A stretch of DNA of 64,000 bases from Azolla caroliniana (Eukaryota > Plantae > Polypodiophyta), in assembly GCA_043228905.1 (NCBI GenBank), contig JBHGNT010000008.1, positions 19,964,001-20,028,000 on the forward strand, in the 5' to 3' direction. A program made the position numbers and the translations under genes. The notes under the pieces were generated by a model. It had not been told where the DNA came from. It saw only the letters and a program-made list of their open reading frames with translations, and did not search any database. Of this stretch, positions 25,901 to 36,798 are shown in pieces. How positions within the stretch are numbered: position 1 is the stretch's first letter; every line of letters begins with the position of its first letter.

Positions 25901-26974
25901 TCCTTCATGACCGACGAAGGGTACCACAAAACGCAGTCCGATCACTGCGTGTTTGTGAAGAAGTTCGAAGGAGGAGACTCTCTAATACTCCTCCTATACG
26001 TGGACGACATGTTGATCGTCGGACGGGACCAGGTCAAGATACGGACGCTGAAGAAAGCGCTTCACCGAACCTTCTCAATGAAGGACCTGGGTCCGGCGAG
26101 GCAAATATTAGGGATGCACATCATCCGGGACCGGAAGAAGAAGCAGTTGTGGCTGTCACAGGAGAAGTACGTGACAAAGGTGCTTCACCGGTTCAACATG
26201 TCGGAAGCAAGACCGGTCGGGTCAACCCTCCCGGGAAACTGCAAGTTGTCCAGCAAGCAAAGCCCCAAGACAAAGGCTGAGAAGGAGGACATGATGAAAG
26301 TACCATATGCCTCTGCCGTCGGAAGCTTAATGTACGCAATGGTGTGTACAAGACCGGACATAGGATATGCAGTTGGAGTGGTGAGCCGGTACATGAGCAA
26401 TCCCGGCAAAGAGCACTGGAACGCGGTCAAGTGGATACTCCGATACCTGAAGGGCACGGCAAACGTGTGCCTCCGATTCGGCTCCGGTAAGCCCGAACTC
26501 GAAGGCTTTACTGATTCTGATATGTCGGCTGATGCAGATACCAGCCGGTCCACATCAGGGTATGTGATGACGTATGCAGGGGGAGCTGTTTCGTGGCAGT
26601 CGAGGCTGCAGAAGACGGTTGCGTTGTCAACCACGGAGGCGGAGTACATGGCGGCTGTTGAAGCCGGCAAAGAAATAATATGGATGAAGGACTTCATTAG
26701 AGAGCTCGGTATCCAGCAGGAGGAGTACCGACTCTACTGCGACAGTCAGAGTGCCATCCACCTTGCGAAGAACGCGGCCTATCACTCCCGGACGAAGCAC
26801 ATCCAGCGAAGATATCACTGGATCCGGGAAAGGATAGAAGACAAGGAGTTCGCGCTGACGAAGGTCCACACGGACGAGAACGGGTCGGATATGCTGACCA
26901 AAGTGCTCACACCCGACAAGCTGGGAGCGTGCCGGAAGAGAGTCGGATTGGAGAGACATCCCATGCCGAAGTGA
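22928..26974 (+). CDS. Gag-Pol polyprotein, 1348 aa (gag, Zn knuckle, protease, integrase, RT, RNase H)
   Basis: CFHCGKPGHFRKNC, WVVDSGAS, HHCC and DDE integrase motifs, LLYVDD, FTDSD..TEAEY..YCDS in copia domain order with no stops. Confidence 0.98.
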   Translation: MEGGGSGPPGMMVLNSQNYADWKIKMEDLLIVRDLYKPIDNAEIPKGVIESEWKLLNRKAVATIRQYVDVSVLQHVANDTNAYEMWKKLSGLYERKNALNRTSLMRKIVNLKYRDGESMVEHVSTFMGFVNQLAAIKFPLEDAMQAIILMCTLPDSWENLVVTLSTSCTEDNLSLQTVKTSILNEEARRRDKEPVSDQKMLLTESDRGRQWNRSPQRREKSGTRSQSRGRPTCFHCGKPGHFRKNCRHYRKDNGADDTDSKKSPERNGAYRGATDRRGPDRRGQDRKGTTALAASEEEIMLITEEKELNLAGVEMTWVVDSGASFHLTPEKKYFSSYTAGEHGCVRMGNEGTCRIAGIGDVWLLTSTGCKMLLKDVRHVPEVRLNLISAGRLDDEGYTGSIRNGVMKFSKGSLIVARARKVNTLYLMNSRLCPEELNVAADTAGELWHKRLCHMSEKGMKRLAEDNLIPVKHVHLEKCTDCLAGKQNRTSFHSRPPTRRSAPLELVHTDVCQVETKSHGGAQYFVTFIDDHSRKLWTAPLKTKDQVLSVFKELHARVERESGKKLKAIRADNGGEYRGQFQEYCRSKGIRLEFTVPKTPELNGLAERMNRTIMERVRSMLEHAKLPKGFWAEAMSTATYVINRSPSVPLDGDTPQKVWTGKEVSYRHLKVFGCLAYVHVAKDRRGKLDPKTRPCIFLGYGDDEFGYRVWDPVDKKIFRSRDIIFMEDKTLADWESEKKMKSSKSIGEDQLYEEQSRPARDRLTLEEPAEEDENDTGTGPDPEMDSDEEESEEPVTEAPERRYPLRERRAPRRFPEPEHVLLTDEGEPESFEEAKHDTQSRRWLSAMQDEMDSLHENHTYELVELPKGKRALRNKWVFKLKPGDAGNPPRYKARIVVKGFQQKKGVDFDEIFAPVVKMTSIRTVLSIAASMDLEVEQMDVKTAFLHGDLEEEIYMQQPEGFDKKGKEHLVCRLKKSLYGLKQAPRQWYRKFDSFMTDEGYHKTQSDHCVFVKKFEGGDSLILLLYVDDMLIVGRDQVKIRTLKKALHRTFSMKDLGPARQILGMHIIRDRKKKQLWLSQEKYVTKVLHRFNMSEARPVGSTLPGNCKLSSKQSPKTKAEKEDMMKVPYASAVGSLMYAMVCTRPDIGYAVGVVSRYMSNPGKEHWNAVKWILRYLKGTANVCLRFGSGKPELEGFTDSDMSADADTSRSTSGYVMTYAGGAVSWQSRLQKTVALSTTEAEYMAAVEAGKEIIWMKDFIRELGIQQEEYRLYCDSQSAIHLAKNAAYHSRTKHIQRRYHWIRERIEDKEFALTKVHTDENGSDMLTKVLTPDKLGACRKRVGLERHPMPK

Positions 26975-26982
26975 AGGGGGAG
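26973..26982 (+). promoter_or_regulatory. Polypurine tract
   Basis: GAAGGGGGAG just before the 3' LTR. Confidence 0.92.
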
Positions 26983-26984
26983 TT

Positions 26985-27753
26985 TGTTGGGATTTCGGTC
27001 CCTCCGGATGGGATGTCCGGAGATGAATGACGGCAAGCCCGGTTGCGGTTACGGAACCGGATGATGAAGAGTACCCGGCATGAAGCCGGATAAAGAGTAC
27101 CCGGATACGGAGCCGGATGATGAAGACCCCGGTTACGGAGCCGGATGATGAAGACCCCGGTTACGGAGCCGGATGCTGAAGACCCCGGTTACGGAGCCGG
27201 ATGATGAAGACCCCGGTTACGGAGCCGGATGATGAAGACCCCGGTTACGGAGCCGGATGCTGAAGACCCCGGTTACGGAGCCGGATGACGAATGTACCCG
27301 GAGAGAGATCCGGATGCGGGGACATATTTGTGAATATGTTTGCCAAGAGCCCTTGAGGCTATATTTGTAAATAGCCCAAAAGTCATATGTGTATAAATAT
27401 GACTTAGGGCAAACAGTCTTATGTTGTTGCTCATTTTCTGTTTTCCACGAAGAGGGAGCGAAGTGAGAGCAGCCGAGAGAGTGTGAGAGACGAAGAGGTC
27501 GTTGCCTCAGTGTATTACCGCCGCCTGTGGCGAAGACTGTGAGCTCAAGGTTGTTGCCTTGTAGCTTCATCATTGTACATCTCTGCATATAGTGATAGTT
27601 GGAGTTTGAGGACTCCCGTGGTTTTTCCCACTTAGGGTTTTCCACGTAAAATATCCTGTGCACTCTTCTCCCCATTATCTTCGTGTATTTGTAATTCCTG
27701 TTTTCTGAAAGTTAATCCTATTTCTCGGTTGTGGCCGAGCACTGCGTATAACA
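26985..27753 (+). repeat. 3' LTR of the intact copia
   Basis: Direct copy of 22128-22896 at offset 4857. Confidence 0.96.
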
Positions 27754-27758
27754 TTTCC

Positions 27759-29080
27759 TTGGGATCGAGGTGATCCGAACCCCCGACGGCATATTGCTCT
27801 CACAAAGGCACTATGTGTTGAATATGCTGTGCAAGTTCGGCATGACGAAATGCCGACCTATCTCTACTCCCTTGGACTGGAACTAGAAGCTCCGTCCTGA
27901 CTCCAGACCCGCCTACGATGAGCAACGGTTCCGACAAATTGTTGGAAGCCTTATATATTTGATCATCATCCGGCCCGACATCAGCTATCCGGTCAGTGTG
28001 ATTAGCCAATTCATGCAGAAGCCAACCGTAGAGCATCTTCAGTGCGCACACAGAATACTACGGTATGAGAGCGGCATGAAGGACTGGGGACTGTTATACC
28101 AGCGTAGTATAACCGAAGAGCTGGTCGGTTACACAGATGCCGACTGGGCTGGCGATGCATCAGATCGCCGATCAAACTCCAGTTATATGTTTTCCCTAAG
28201 CAGCGCAGCTATTGCGTGGAGCAATAAAAAACAGCCAACAATTGCTCTGTCGAGCACTAAGGCTGAGTATCGAGGTGCTACCATTGCCACCTGTGAAGCC
28301 ATTTGGCTTCGGCGACTGTTGGAAGACCTACGGATCGAGGTACCGACCCTGATTCTGATCTACTGCGACAACATAAGCAGCATGCAGCAAGCCAAGAACC
28401 CCGTATTCCATGCTCGCACAAAGCACATCAAAGTGCACTATGACTTCATGCGTGAGCGTGTCCTGAGCGGTGAGGTCGAACTTCAGTATGTTCACACGGA
28501 TCGGGAAGTTGCCGACATCTTCACCAAACCACTCGGATCAAACAAGTTACAGCACTTCACCGAAATGCTTGGTGTTCAGCATCTCGACGTGCCACACTTG
28601 AGGGGGAGAACGGGCAAAGACACCGGAACGGGCAAAGGCAAAGAGATTGTCGATCGCGCCGGTGAGGGAAGAACCGACGAAGGGAGAGCCAAGAAGAAGA
28701 AAGGAGCCGAGTTGACAAAGGAATTCGACACATCCGAACAAGTCGGAACAAGCGACAGCAGCGGCAAAGTCAAGAAGGACAAAGCCGACTGGAAGAAGAA
28801 GGCCAAGACCCGGACATGGTTTGATGTGGTGAAAGGCCATGAGCCAGACGACGAATCAGGAGCAACCGCTTCGGACAAGAGCTGGAACGAATCGGAGACA
28901 ATCGATTCAGTTCAACAGACAGATTCGGAAGAGCTAGATCAACTCAAGGCCAATAGGACGAGAAGGCAGCGAAAGTCGACGCCAACACGAAGGAATCGGC
29001 GAACCGGCACGCGCCGAAGTCACAACAGCGAGGGAGCTGAATTGGGCCTGTTGAGCAGACAAGCCGACCGAGGAGGTTGA
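27759..29080 (+). pseudogene. copia B RT C-terminus + RNase H with a long charged C-terminal extension
   Basis: Resumes YFL|GIEV across the TSD. YTDADWAG, STKAEY, YCDN, ADIFTKPL, then ~160 extra codons. A stop lies near 27884. Confidence 0.9.
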
Positions 29081-29233
29081 GGTGCGTAGAACAAGAGGGG
29101 TCGTGACAAACAGAACCGGACCGGACGAGGAGCGCGAGCAAGGCGGAGTGACGCTAGAAGGAGTCGGGCAGAAGGACCGGTTGCCACAGATGTTGACACT
29201 ACGATCGGACCTCAAGTTGACCTCAAGGGGGAG

Positions 29234-29677
29234 TGTTGAGCGGCAAGCTCAATTGGAGCCGGATCAGCTGAATAAGCCTGAGCCGGTGAGCGAGACGGAT
29301 TGGCGAGCCGGTGAGCACCCGGTGAGCAAAAGAGTTGGTGAGCTGGGGAGCCGGGGAGCCGGTTAGCTAGATCCATCAATAACCGGAAGCCTAGTAGCAG
29401 CTAGACTACTAGGGAGTTATTACTCTCGTAGTTAGTGTCAGACGCTCGAGTGAGCATTGAAGTACACCGTACTTCTATTAGTCTGTATGGACTTGGATAA
29501 AAGTGTTCACTAAACACATACGATGTACAGAGCATTGATATAATTTTTTAATAGAGATTCTTGTTCTCTCTCACTGTCTCTCTGTCTCTCCCATGTACTA
29601 TTAAGTTCTCCATAAAACCTGTTCTCTATTCTCTGTTTTCTGTTTTCTATCGCGTCCGCACACTATTTGTTTTTACA
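29234..29677 (+). repeat. copia B 3' LTR (variant 2)
   Basis: After PPT AAGGGGGAG, ends TTTTACA, followed by CGCCT. Confidence 0.93.
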
Positions 29678-30113
29678 CGCCTCCGTGTACAGCATCCGGT
29701 TGTCAGTGGGTGCACTTGTTGACGCACCGACATGGTTCTCCTCTACAAGAAGCATCGACTGTAAGTCGAAAAATGACGGCATATTCTCCCTCGTACATAC
29801 TGTTGTCCGGAAAGCTCGGAACTTAGACGCCAGGCCCCCAAGACAAACCTGTACCAACTCGTCTTCCTCTACCGTGACGTTGATAGAGGCAAGCGAGTCG
29901 CAGATCTCTTTGATTCGGGCCGTGTAATCAGCCACCGACATGTCCTTCTGTCCGACATTGCTCAACTCCTGTCAGAGTTGCAGCTTCCGGGATGTAGTGC
30001 TTGCGGTGAGCTGTTGTCTACGCGGTCTCTGTGCCGTCAGTCTTGTCCTTGTCGGCCGCCTCCATTACGTGCTGACCCGCCTCGTCAACCATGCCCATGG
30101 GGCCGATCCGCCT
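29678..30113 (-). pseudogene. Two copia B gag fragments in permuted order
   Basis: 29678-30007 encodes ..ADYTARIKEICDSL..MLYTEA; 30008-30113 encodes the downstream DRPHG.. part. The contiguous homolog lies at ~61020-61400. Confidence 0.85.
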
Positions 30114-30391
30114 TGTTGAGCGGCAAGCTCAATTGGAGCCGGATCGGCTGAATAAGCCTGAGCCGGTGAGCGAGACGGATCATCGAGCCGGTGAGCACCC
30201 GGTGAGCAAAAGAGTCGGTGAGCTGGGGAGCCGGTTAGCCGGATCCATCAGTAACCGGAAGCCTAGTAGTAGCTACACTACTAGGGAGTTATTACTCTTG
30301 TAGTTAGTGTCAGACGCCCCAGTGAGCATTGAAGTACACCGTACTTCTGTCAGTCCGTATGGACTTGTATAAAAGTGTTCACTAAACACAT
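30114..30391 (+). repeat. Partial copia B LTR (variant 2, 5' part)
   Basis: Starts TGTTGAGCGG after CGCCT (30109-30113) and is fused to an inverted PBS/leader. Confidence 0.88.
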
Positions 30392-30404
30392 CGTAAAAAC
30401 ACAA

Positions 30405-30845
30405 CTCTGATACCATGTAAAAACAAATAGCGTGCGGAAGCAATAGAGAACAGAGAACAGCGAAAAGGGTTTAATGGAGAACTTAACAGTACATAGGAGA
30501 GACAGAGAGATAGAGAGAGAGAACAAGAATCTCTATTCAAAAATTATATCAACGCTCTGTAGATCGTAAGTGTTCAACGAACACTTTTATACAAGTCCAT
30601 ACGGACTGACAGAAGTACGGTGTACTTCAATGCTCACTCGAGCGTCTGACACTAACTACGAGAGTATTAACTCCCTAGTATTCTAGCTGCTACTAGGCTT
30701 CCGGTTACTGATGGATCCGGCTAACCGGCTCCCCAGCTCACCGGCTCTTTTGCTCACTTGGTGCTCATCGGCTCACCGATCCGTCTCACTCACCGGCTCA
30801 GGCTTATTCAGCCGATCCGGCTCCAATTGAGCTTGCCGCTCAACA
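30405..30845 (-). mobile_element. copia B 5' LTR (30416-30845) with PBS (30405-30415)
   Basis: Reverse-complement TGGTATCAGAG next to the LTR end. The outer flank AATAG (30846-30850) matches 2182-2186. Confidence 0.93.
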
Positions 30846-31005
30846 AATAGGGATCTATCAATCATCCCAAAACCAAATTAGTTCAACGTCATTCTATAGC
30901 TCTCTGCTCCCTACTCTTTGTAATCTATCTTACAGTGCAATATAATACTTTCCTTTCACTTCTCTCTCTCTCTCTCGCTCATTAACACTCTCTCTCTGTC
31001 TTTAA

Positions 31006-31050
<45 letters not shown>

Positions 31051-34000
31051 GGCGGAATACCAAGACATATTAGAACCCTCTCCAAACTATTAGATACCCC
31101 GGATGTAAAGTTACTAGGTAGGTATATCTTAGAGCTAAAACAACATAGGGAGAATAAATTACAAAGTGTTAACCATAACCCTTTTACTATTCATCAACAT
31201 GTAACTAGTATAATTTTTCAGGAACAAGGGGAGACGATAAATGTGGATACAATTACGCCGCTCAACCTCTCTCTTGAGGAAGCCAAAATGCAAAGAACAA
31301 CCAAACGTCCTCGGATGTTGGGCTTCAAAACAAGTCGACACGGACTACAAAAGATTAAGAAGATAAGGGAACGTGAGCTACGTCGACTAGACGCTATGGT
31401 TGGGGTACCTTTTACATTGGGACCACGGGCCACATCCACATCGAAACCCTTTGACCTCCCGCTTCTCTTCGAAAGACTTGATGGAAATGAAATTAGGCCT
31501 AGTATAACATCATTTTCATTGTAGACCATGTTTTTTATATAGAACATCTTTGTTATTTTACTAGAACTATTTAGCTTAAAACTCTATTTTTTATCGTTTT
31601 TTTTATTTTTATTTTACTTTTGATGAATGGGTAAGTTCGATGATTAGCATCATCCTTTCGAATTCTCCCGCTTGATTACTTGAGGATGCCATCTCCAAGT
31701 ATCGGTCGATCCTCGACTGGATCCTTCCTACCGCCTCTTTCATGTCAGGTTCACCAAGTAAGATGTCAAGGAAATCCTCTTGTGTTCGCGAAATGAAGCG
31801 GGACCACCGGGATCCTAGACCAGAAGGATTCGATGTTTTTAGCAATGTAAGTGAGAAAGTATTGAAGATAGATAGATAGATGAAGAGAGAGAGAGAGAGA
31901 GAGAGATTGAGATTGAACCCTTTACTTTAGTTTTACGAGACAAGATAAATTACCATTAGGATAACTCAGATCTTTGATTAAAATTTTCTTTTTTACTTAC
32001 ATCACTTCCCTCTTACACAAGCCCAACTATAGGCATTTATCGGTCTCTCCATGCAAAAACCATGGGTTAAACCCACGAGCTAGAACCATGGTTTTGCGCC
32101 CACGGTTTCTATATGTTTGCTTCCTACAAAATACTGAATATGAAAAGAAAATATACAAATTTTAAAGCACTCAGTAGTGGCTTTAGTGGTAACTTAATTT
32201 GTCTCCTATCTTGGAGGTGCAAGGTTCAAGCCTAGCTTCCACCCTATGTATGCACTTAGATGTTACTAGGCTTTAGTTTTAATTTTATATTTACAATTGA
32301 GCGCACATCACACGTGCACATGTTTAACTTTACATCTAGCTTTTCTTTTACGATCCTCATTTCAATCCTATTTACAATATGCTAGCATATGCGTGTGGCC
32401 TTCACCCCTTTCACACGTCCACATTGCACCTTCTTGATTTCGTTCGTTGCACACAATTCTCATACTGTTGCCGAAAATCTTCACGACATCGCACACCAAC
32501 ACGAAACAAGAAAACAAGAAGCTACTAGAGGAAACCCAAAAGTCGGAAGCGGCGATCACCGGACTCCGAGAGTTATTGGAAAAGAAGAAAGTTGTGGTAC
32601 GACGAGCAGCTCGTACAAGAACGCGAGGTCACGCATCAGGTAGAAGTCCACATGAACAATGAAATGGGCCGGCTAGAGGAACTACATGTGAAAGAATCCC
32701 ATATATGGACAAAGATAAGTGAGGAAGCGGCTAGGGTTAATAAGTGAGAAATCAAAAAACTCACAAAAACCCTGGAAGAAGCGCAAAACTGTCCCACAGG
32801 CGTGCCAGGTGTTGTCCGCCAGAATTGTAACCGCCGGATATAAATGCGTAAAATATGAAAAATGTATTAGAATCGTTAAAGAGATGTAACGGTTCACGCG
32901 AGAAGCGTGACCGGCTGAACACCCTGTGTATATAAAGGGCAGAAATCCTCTGTAAGAGGTAGCGTGTAATTTTGGAGCGTGAGGTTTTTTTTTCTAATAG
33001 AATCTTATCTTCTTTGATTCTCTATGTCTATACAAGCCGTGCTGTCTTGTGTAATCTTTGTGCTATTCGTAAGTGTCAGCGTAGGGTAAGAGTCAGCGTA
33101 GTAGCGCACTCAAGTTCTCGATCGTAGTCGTGAACCTTCACCCATAGATACGCATTATTACATAACTGACGGATTACAGCTCACGCCTCGTGTGGTGTCA
33201 TACCTTGCCACACAATCCCCTTGAGGTTTATCTCGAAGGACTGAAGATAGACAGTGTTCCATATTGGTAACAAACACTAAAACAATTACATGATATTGAG
33301 CTAACATAATAATTTTTCAATAACATTTAGCCTCCACATAAAATTTCCCATAGTTAGCCACATAGCTTAGGCTAGTTAGAAGCCCATGCCCCTCCATATA
33401 TAATGATCAACTGCAACAATAAACAATTCTCTCTTGAGCCCTCTTGGCACCATGGAAATACAAAGTTGCCCTTTTGTCAATTGATTTAGTCTACAGTCTA
33501 ACTCCAATTGTGTGGAGGTCAATCAATTTTAAGGGGATTACTTTTGAGTGGTGTGCTTACCAGGTGGTAGGGAAAACCACTCACCTTTATACGAGTGGTG
33601 TAAAAACAAAAGTGCTTGTAAGTGGGTTCTAAAATATTTCGATACATAGATGTATAATTCTTGCATATAAAGTTATAAGCACTATAAATCATAATGTACA
33701 ACAAAGTAGATATACTTGTTGTAAATGTGTGTGATTCTGTACATAGTGCTACATGAGAAAAGCCATAAATCTAGAGATACGTAGATGTCAAATTAGAACC
33801 AAGTTTCAGAAATGAAAAAAGTGATCTATTTTCTAATGTACCGGTAAAAGAAATATTGTTCCTCAATGTATTACAAAAACTGTAAATGTATTCGTTGATG
33901 TTAAAAATATATCTCCAAAGGGTATGTATGGAATATAGTTCTACAAATTAATTTTAAAAAATGTTTTTCGTACAATCTCTTAAGGTTCTAGTTTAAAAAT

Positions 34001-35309
34001 ATGTTGTAAATAATAGTTAGACATGTTATACTTCGTCCAATAACTACTCCAATGTATATCACATCTACAAGGCTACGAGATTTTCATTATGGAATTCTTA
34101 TTTTAACAACATGATCTCATGCCTTTCATCACGTGGCCTATCTGTCCTTGTAATACATTAAGTGGAAAATCATGCAAATATGAAGTATCAAGAATTGCGT
34201 CTAGAAATATCAAGAATTTCCTTCCAAGATGATGGGTGGGTTACAACTTTAATTTATGGAATAAGTTGTGATGGCCAAAAAGTTATTGAGTTGATATCAA
34301 TTAAATTAAAACCTATATAAATACTAACGTAATGAAATGGAAAGCAATTTACATTCAAATTACATTTTAAAACAAGTCTCTAGATTATGTATATGAAAAC
34401 CATTTATTTTGTTCATTTTTTCTATTACTTAGGACAAATATAACATGATTTCTTGAGACACTAAACTAATTATTAATTGGACACATTGATTTCCCTATGC
34501 AAAGGCAAAACCTACGTCAAATTCAAAGTCACGTATATATAGTGGTAGAACAACCTGCCATCATATGTTAATATAATTGGCATTGTCTTTTAAAGCACAA
34601 TATACATGTGGGTGAACTTAACATGGTTGTGGTTCTCAAGTGAAATCTACATAAACAAGTTGGCAAATTATATTTCTTTCTATAAAATAGATGTTTAACT
34701 ATAGAATATAAGCCAGATATCTTATATTTTCATGTGCATATAAATAGATGTTGCAATAGTGCATCTTTGATTTAGAATCTAATAATGAAAATTTGTACTC
34801 TTACATCATGAATGAAGGAAATAAGTCAATGCTTAATATGAAAATGAAGTAAAAGTCAAAAGTGTATAGTTCAGAAATGCACTATATTACTTGGGGTAGT
34901 GCAAGAGAAAGTTGTAAGAGAGCGTACAGAAGAAACCCACAAAGGAAGGGTGTAGAGTTCAGGTCTCATAACAGTGTATATTCAAAAAGATTCAAGGCAA
35001 AGAATCAATCAAGTTTAATTGTAGCTATAATAGGAATAGTCACTTTAATAGACCAAGGAGAGGGGACAAATTTATGTAGAAGAAAATAAGTTTTGAGGAA
35101 TAGTTGAAAGAAACCTTGAAAGCCACTAAACATTTTTAGGAAATCAATGCTAGTAGGATACAAAGAGATTCGAGACTAATAAGTAAGGATCAAAGACACA
35201 ATAAGAAAGGATTACGACAGAGTTAGGGATACAAACTCGGTGGTTTAAGGTGTAGTGTAAGAGTAGAGCTACGATCGAAACATACTTGGGTCTTGTACAT
35301 AAGATATTA

Positions 35310-36798
35310 ATGGATAATCATAACATTAAGCTTGAATTGATATCATCGCCAATGTTCAGAGTGGGAGGGATATCATTCGCTCTTGGGACTGGGTTAGTAG
35401 TGTTGTGTATACTGATTGTCACAACAATTGGGTTGTGTATCTACCATTGGGCCCAAGCAGTGAAAGAAGCAATTTTGTCCCATGGAAGTACTACTACCAC
35501 TACTATTGTATCCACACCACCACCTCCTCTTGTGATTCATGACCACAAAAGCTTCTTCTCGATTGATCAAGTATGTGTGTAAATGTCCTTTTCTATATAT
35601 TATACATGCTATTAAATCCAAATCTTCTTATGCTTGATTTGAACTCATTCTTAACCACCCTTTTTAATGCCAAATTTAGCTCTGTGTACTCAATTTAACC
35701 ATGTTTTATAGTGTTATGTTTAGTTCCGTTTACCCCAACTTTTGATCATATTACGTTGGTAATGCTCAATTTAGCTCATTCTAGCCAAAATTCAACCATC
35801 ATGTTTTTAAATGCTTAATTTAGCCCATTCTACTCAATAGTGTCCTTTTTATTTTACTCAATGCTTAATATAGCTTCTCTTACCCAATTTAGCCATTTCC
35901 TAGTACCTAAGTTGGGTACGTTTACCCAATTCAAGCATTTCTAATTCTTCAATTAGCTCAATTTACCCATTGAATCATATTTTATTCTTTCGTAATCTAG
36001 CCTCGTTTACTCAATATGGATCCATCGGGAATGTTAAATTTAGCTCATTCCGCCCAATTTAACAATCTTTTCTTGAGTGCTTAGTTTAACCTGTGTTTAC
36101 ATAATTCTTAACCATTTTCAGTAATGCGTGATTGAGCTACTTTTTACCCGATCTAAACACCCTTTTCAATCTCTCAATTTCGCAATTCTCAATCAATTCA
36201 ACCACGTCTAATATATATGATTTAGCTTTTTGTACTCAATTTAAACATCTTTTTCTTTATGCTTAACTTAGCTGCTTTTACCCAACTTTATCCAATTATG
36301 CCTAATCTACGTGTCTTTTATCCTATTTAACCATCCTTTTTAATGGTTCAATTAGCTACCAAAATTAACTGAGCTGAATCACCCCAAATTACACAATTAT
36401 TCTCGCTTAAGCTAAAATCTCTTACGTTTATAATTTTTGGCCAAAACTAAAATAAAATAAAAATTAGCTGATTAGATTTAATATAATTTATTTTGATTTA
36501 TTTTATTTTTAAAACTTTTTCTATTTTTTTATTTTTTTAATTTAATTTTAATATATTTTAAATTGTATTTTTATCACTTTAATTTTTAAGTTTTTTTATT
36601 TTATTTGGTTTGTAGTTTCCTATGGCTACTGGTGATGTTCCTGTGGTTTACATGCCTGGCCATGAGATGCCAACATTCATTGCTCTTCCATGTCCATATT
36701 ATCCCATTGATTCAACACTAATCTTCAAGAGAAAATTAGAGATAAGAGTGGACAATACTATCGAGTGTGAATCTACCCATCTCGCCAACCCGTTATGA
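35310..36798 (+). CDS. At5g65660-like small single-pass membrane protein (2 exons, 147 aa)
   Basis: Exons 35310-35570 and 36616-36798 with a phase-0 GT-AG intron. Motifs ISFALGTGLVVL..CIYHW and VPVVYMPGHEMPTFIALPCP match the family pattern FPLGT..CCYHW / PVLMPG..PKFIALPCP. Confidence 0.8.
35640..36420. repeat. Degenerate AATTTAGCT/CAATTTAACCAT repeat array in the intron
   Basis: Recurrent short motifs with no clean period readable by eye. Confidence 0.55.

Larger units (their letters stand above)
22128..27753 (+). mobile_element. Intact Ty1/copia LTR retrotransposon (family C), 5,626 bp
   Basis: 769-bp LTRs (22128-22896, 26985-27753) that look identical, TTTCC TSD (22123-22127, 27754-27758), Met-tRNA PBS, one uninterrupted ORF and a PPT. 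Confidence 0.98.
18287..29677 (+). mobile_element. Rearranged, degenerate copia family B element hosting the intact family C element
   Basis: LTR 18287-18710, PBS-like TAGTATCAGA, two inverted partial LTRs (~18733-19007, ~19053-19332), decayed gag-pol from 19333, PPT 29225-29233, LTR 29234-29677. Confidence 0.9.
30008..33748 (+). repeat. Right arm of the inverted duplication; mosaic of retroelement remnants
   Basis: Reverse complement of 2849-2930 plus 14660-19438 without the two insertions. Includes a coiled-coil ORF remnant (~32490-32745) and an LTR-like TGTAA..TTACA block (~32886-33162). Confidence 0.9.

Noticed and set aside
23030-27036. Many antisense and alternate-frame ORFs over gag-pol
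   Set aside because: Expected shadows of a GC-rich long ORF.
2849-33748. Giant CACTA element (CACTA at 2849, TAGTG at 33744-33748, long inverted arms)
   Set aside because: The flanking trinucleotides differ (ATG vs CTA), there is no CACTA transposase or clear subterminal repeat, and a GC microhomology explains the junction. Alternative transposition from a CACTA end cannot be fully excluded.
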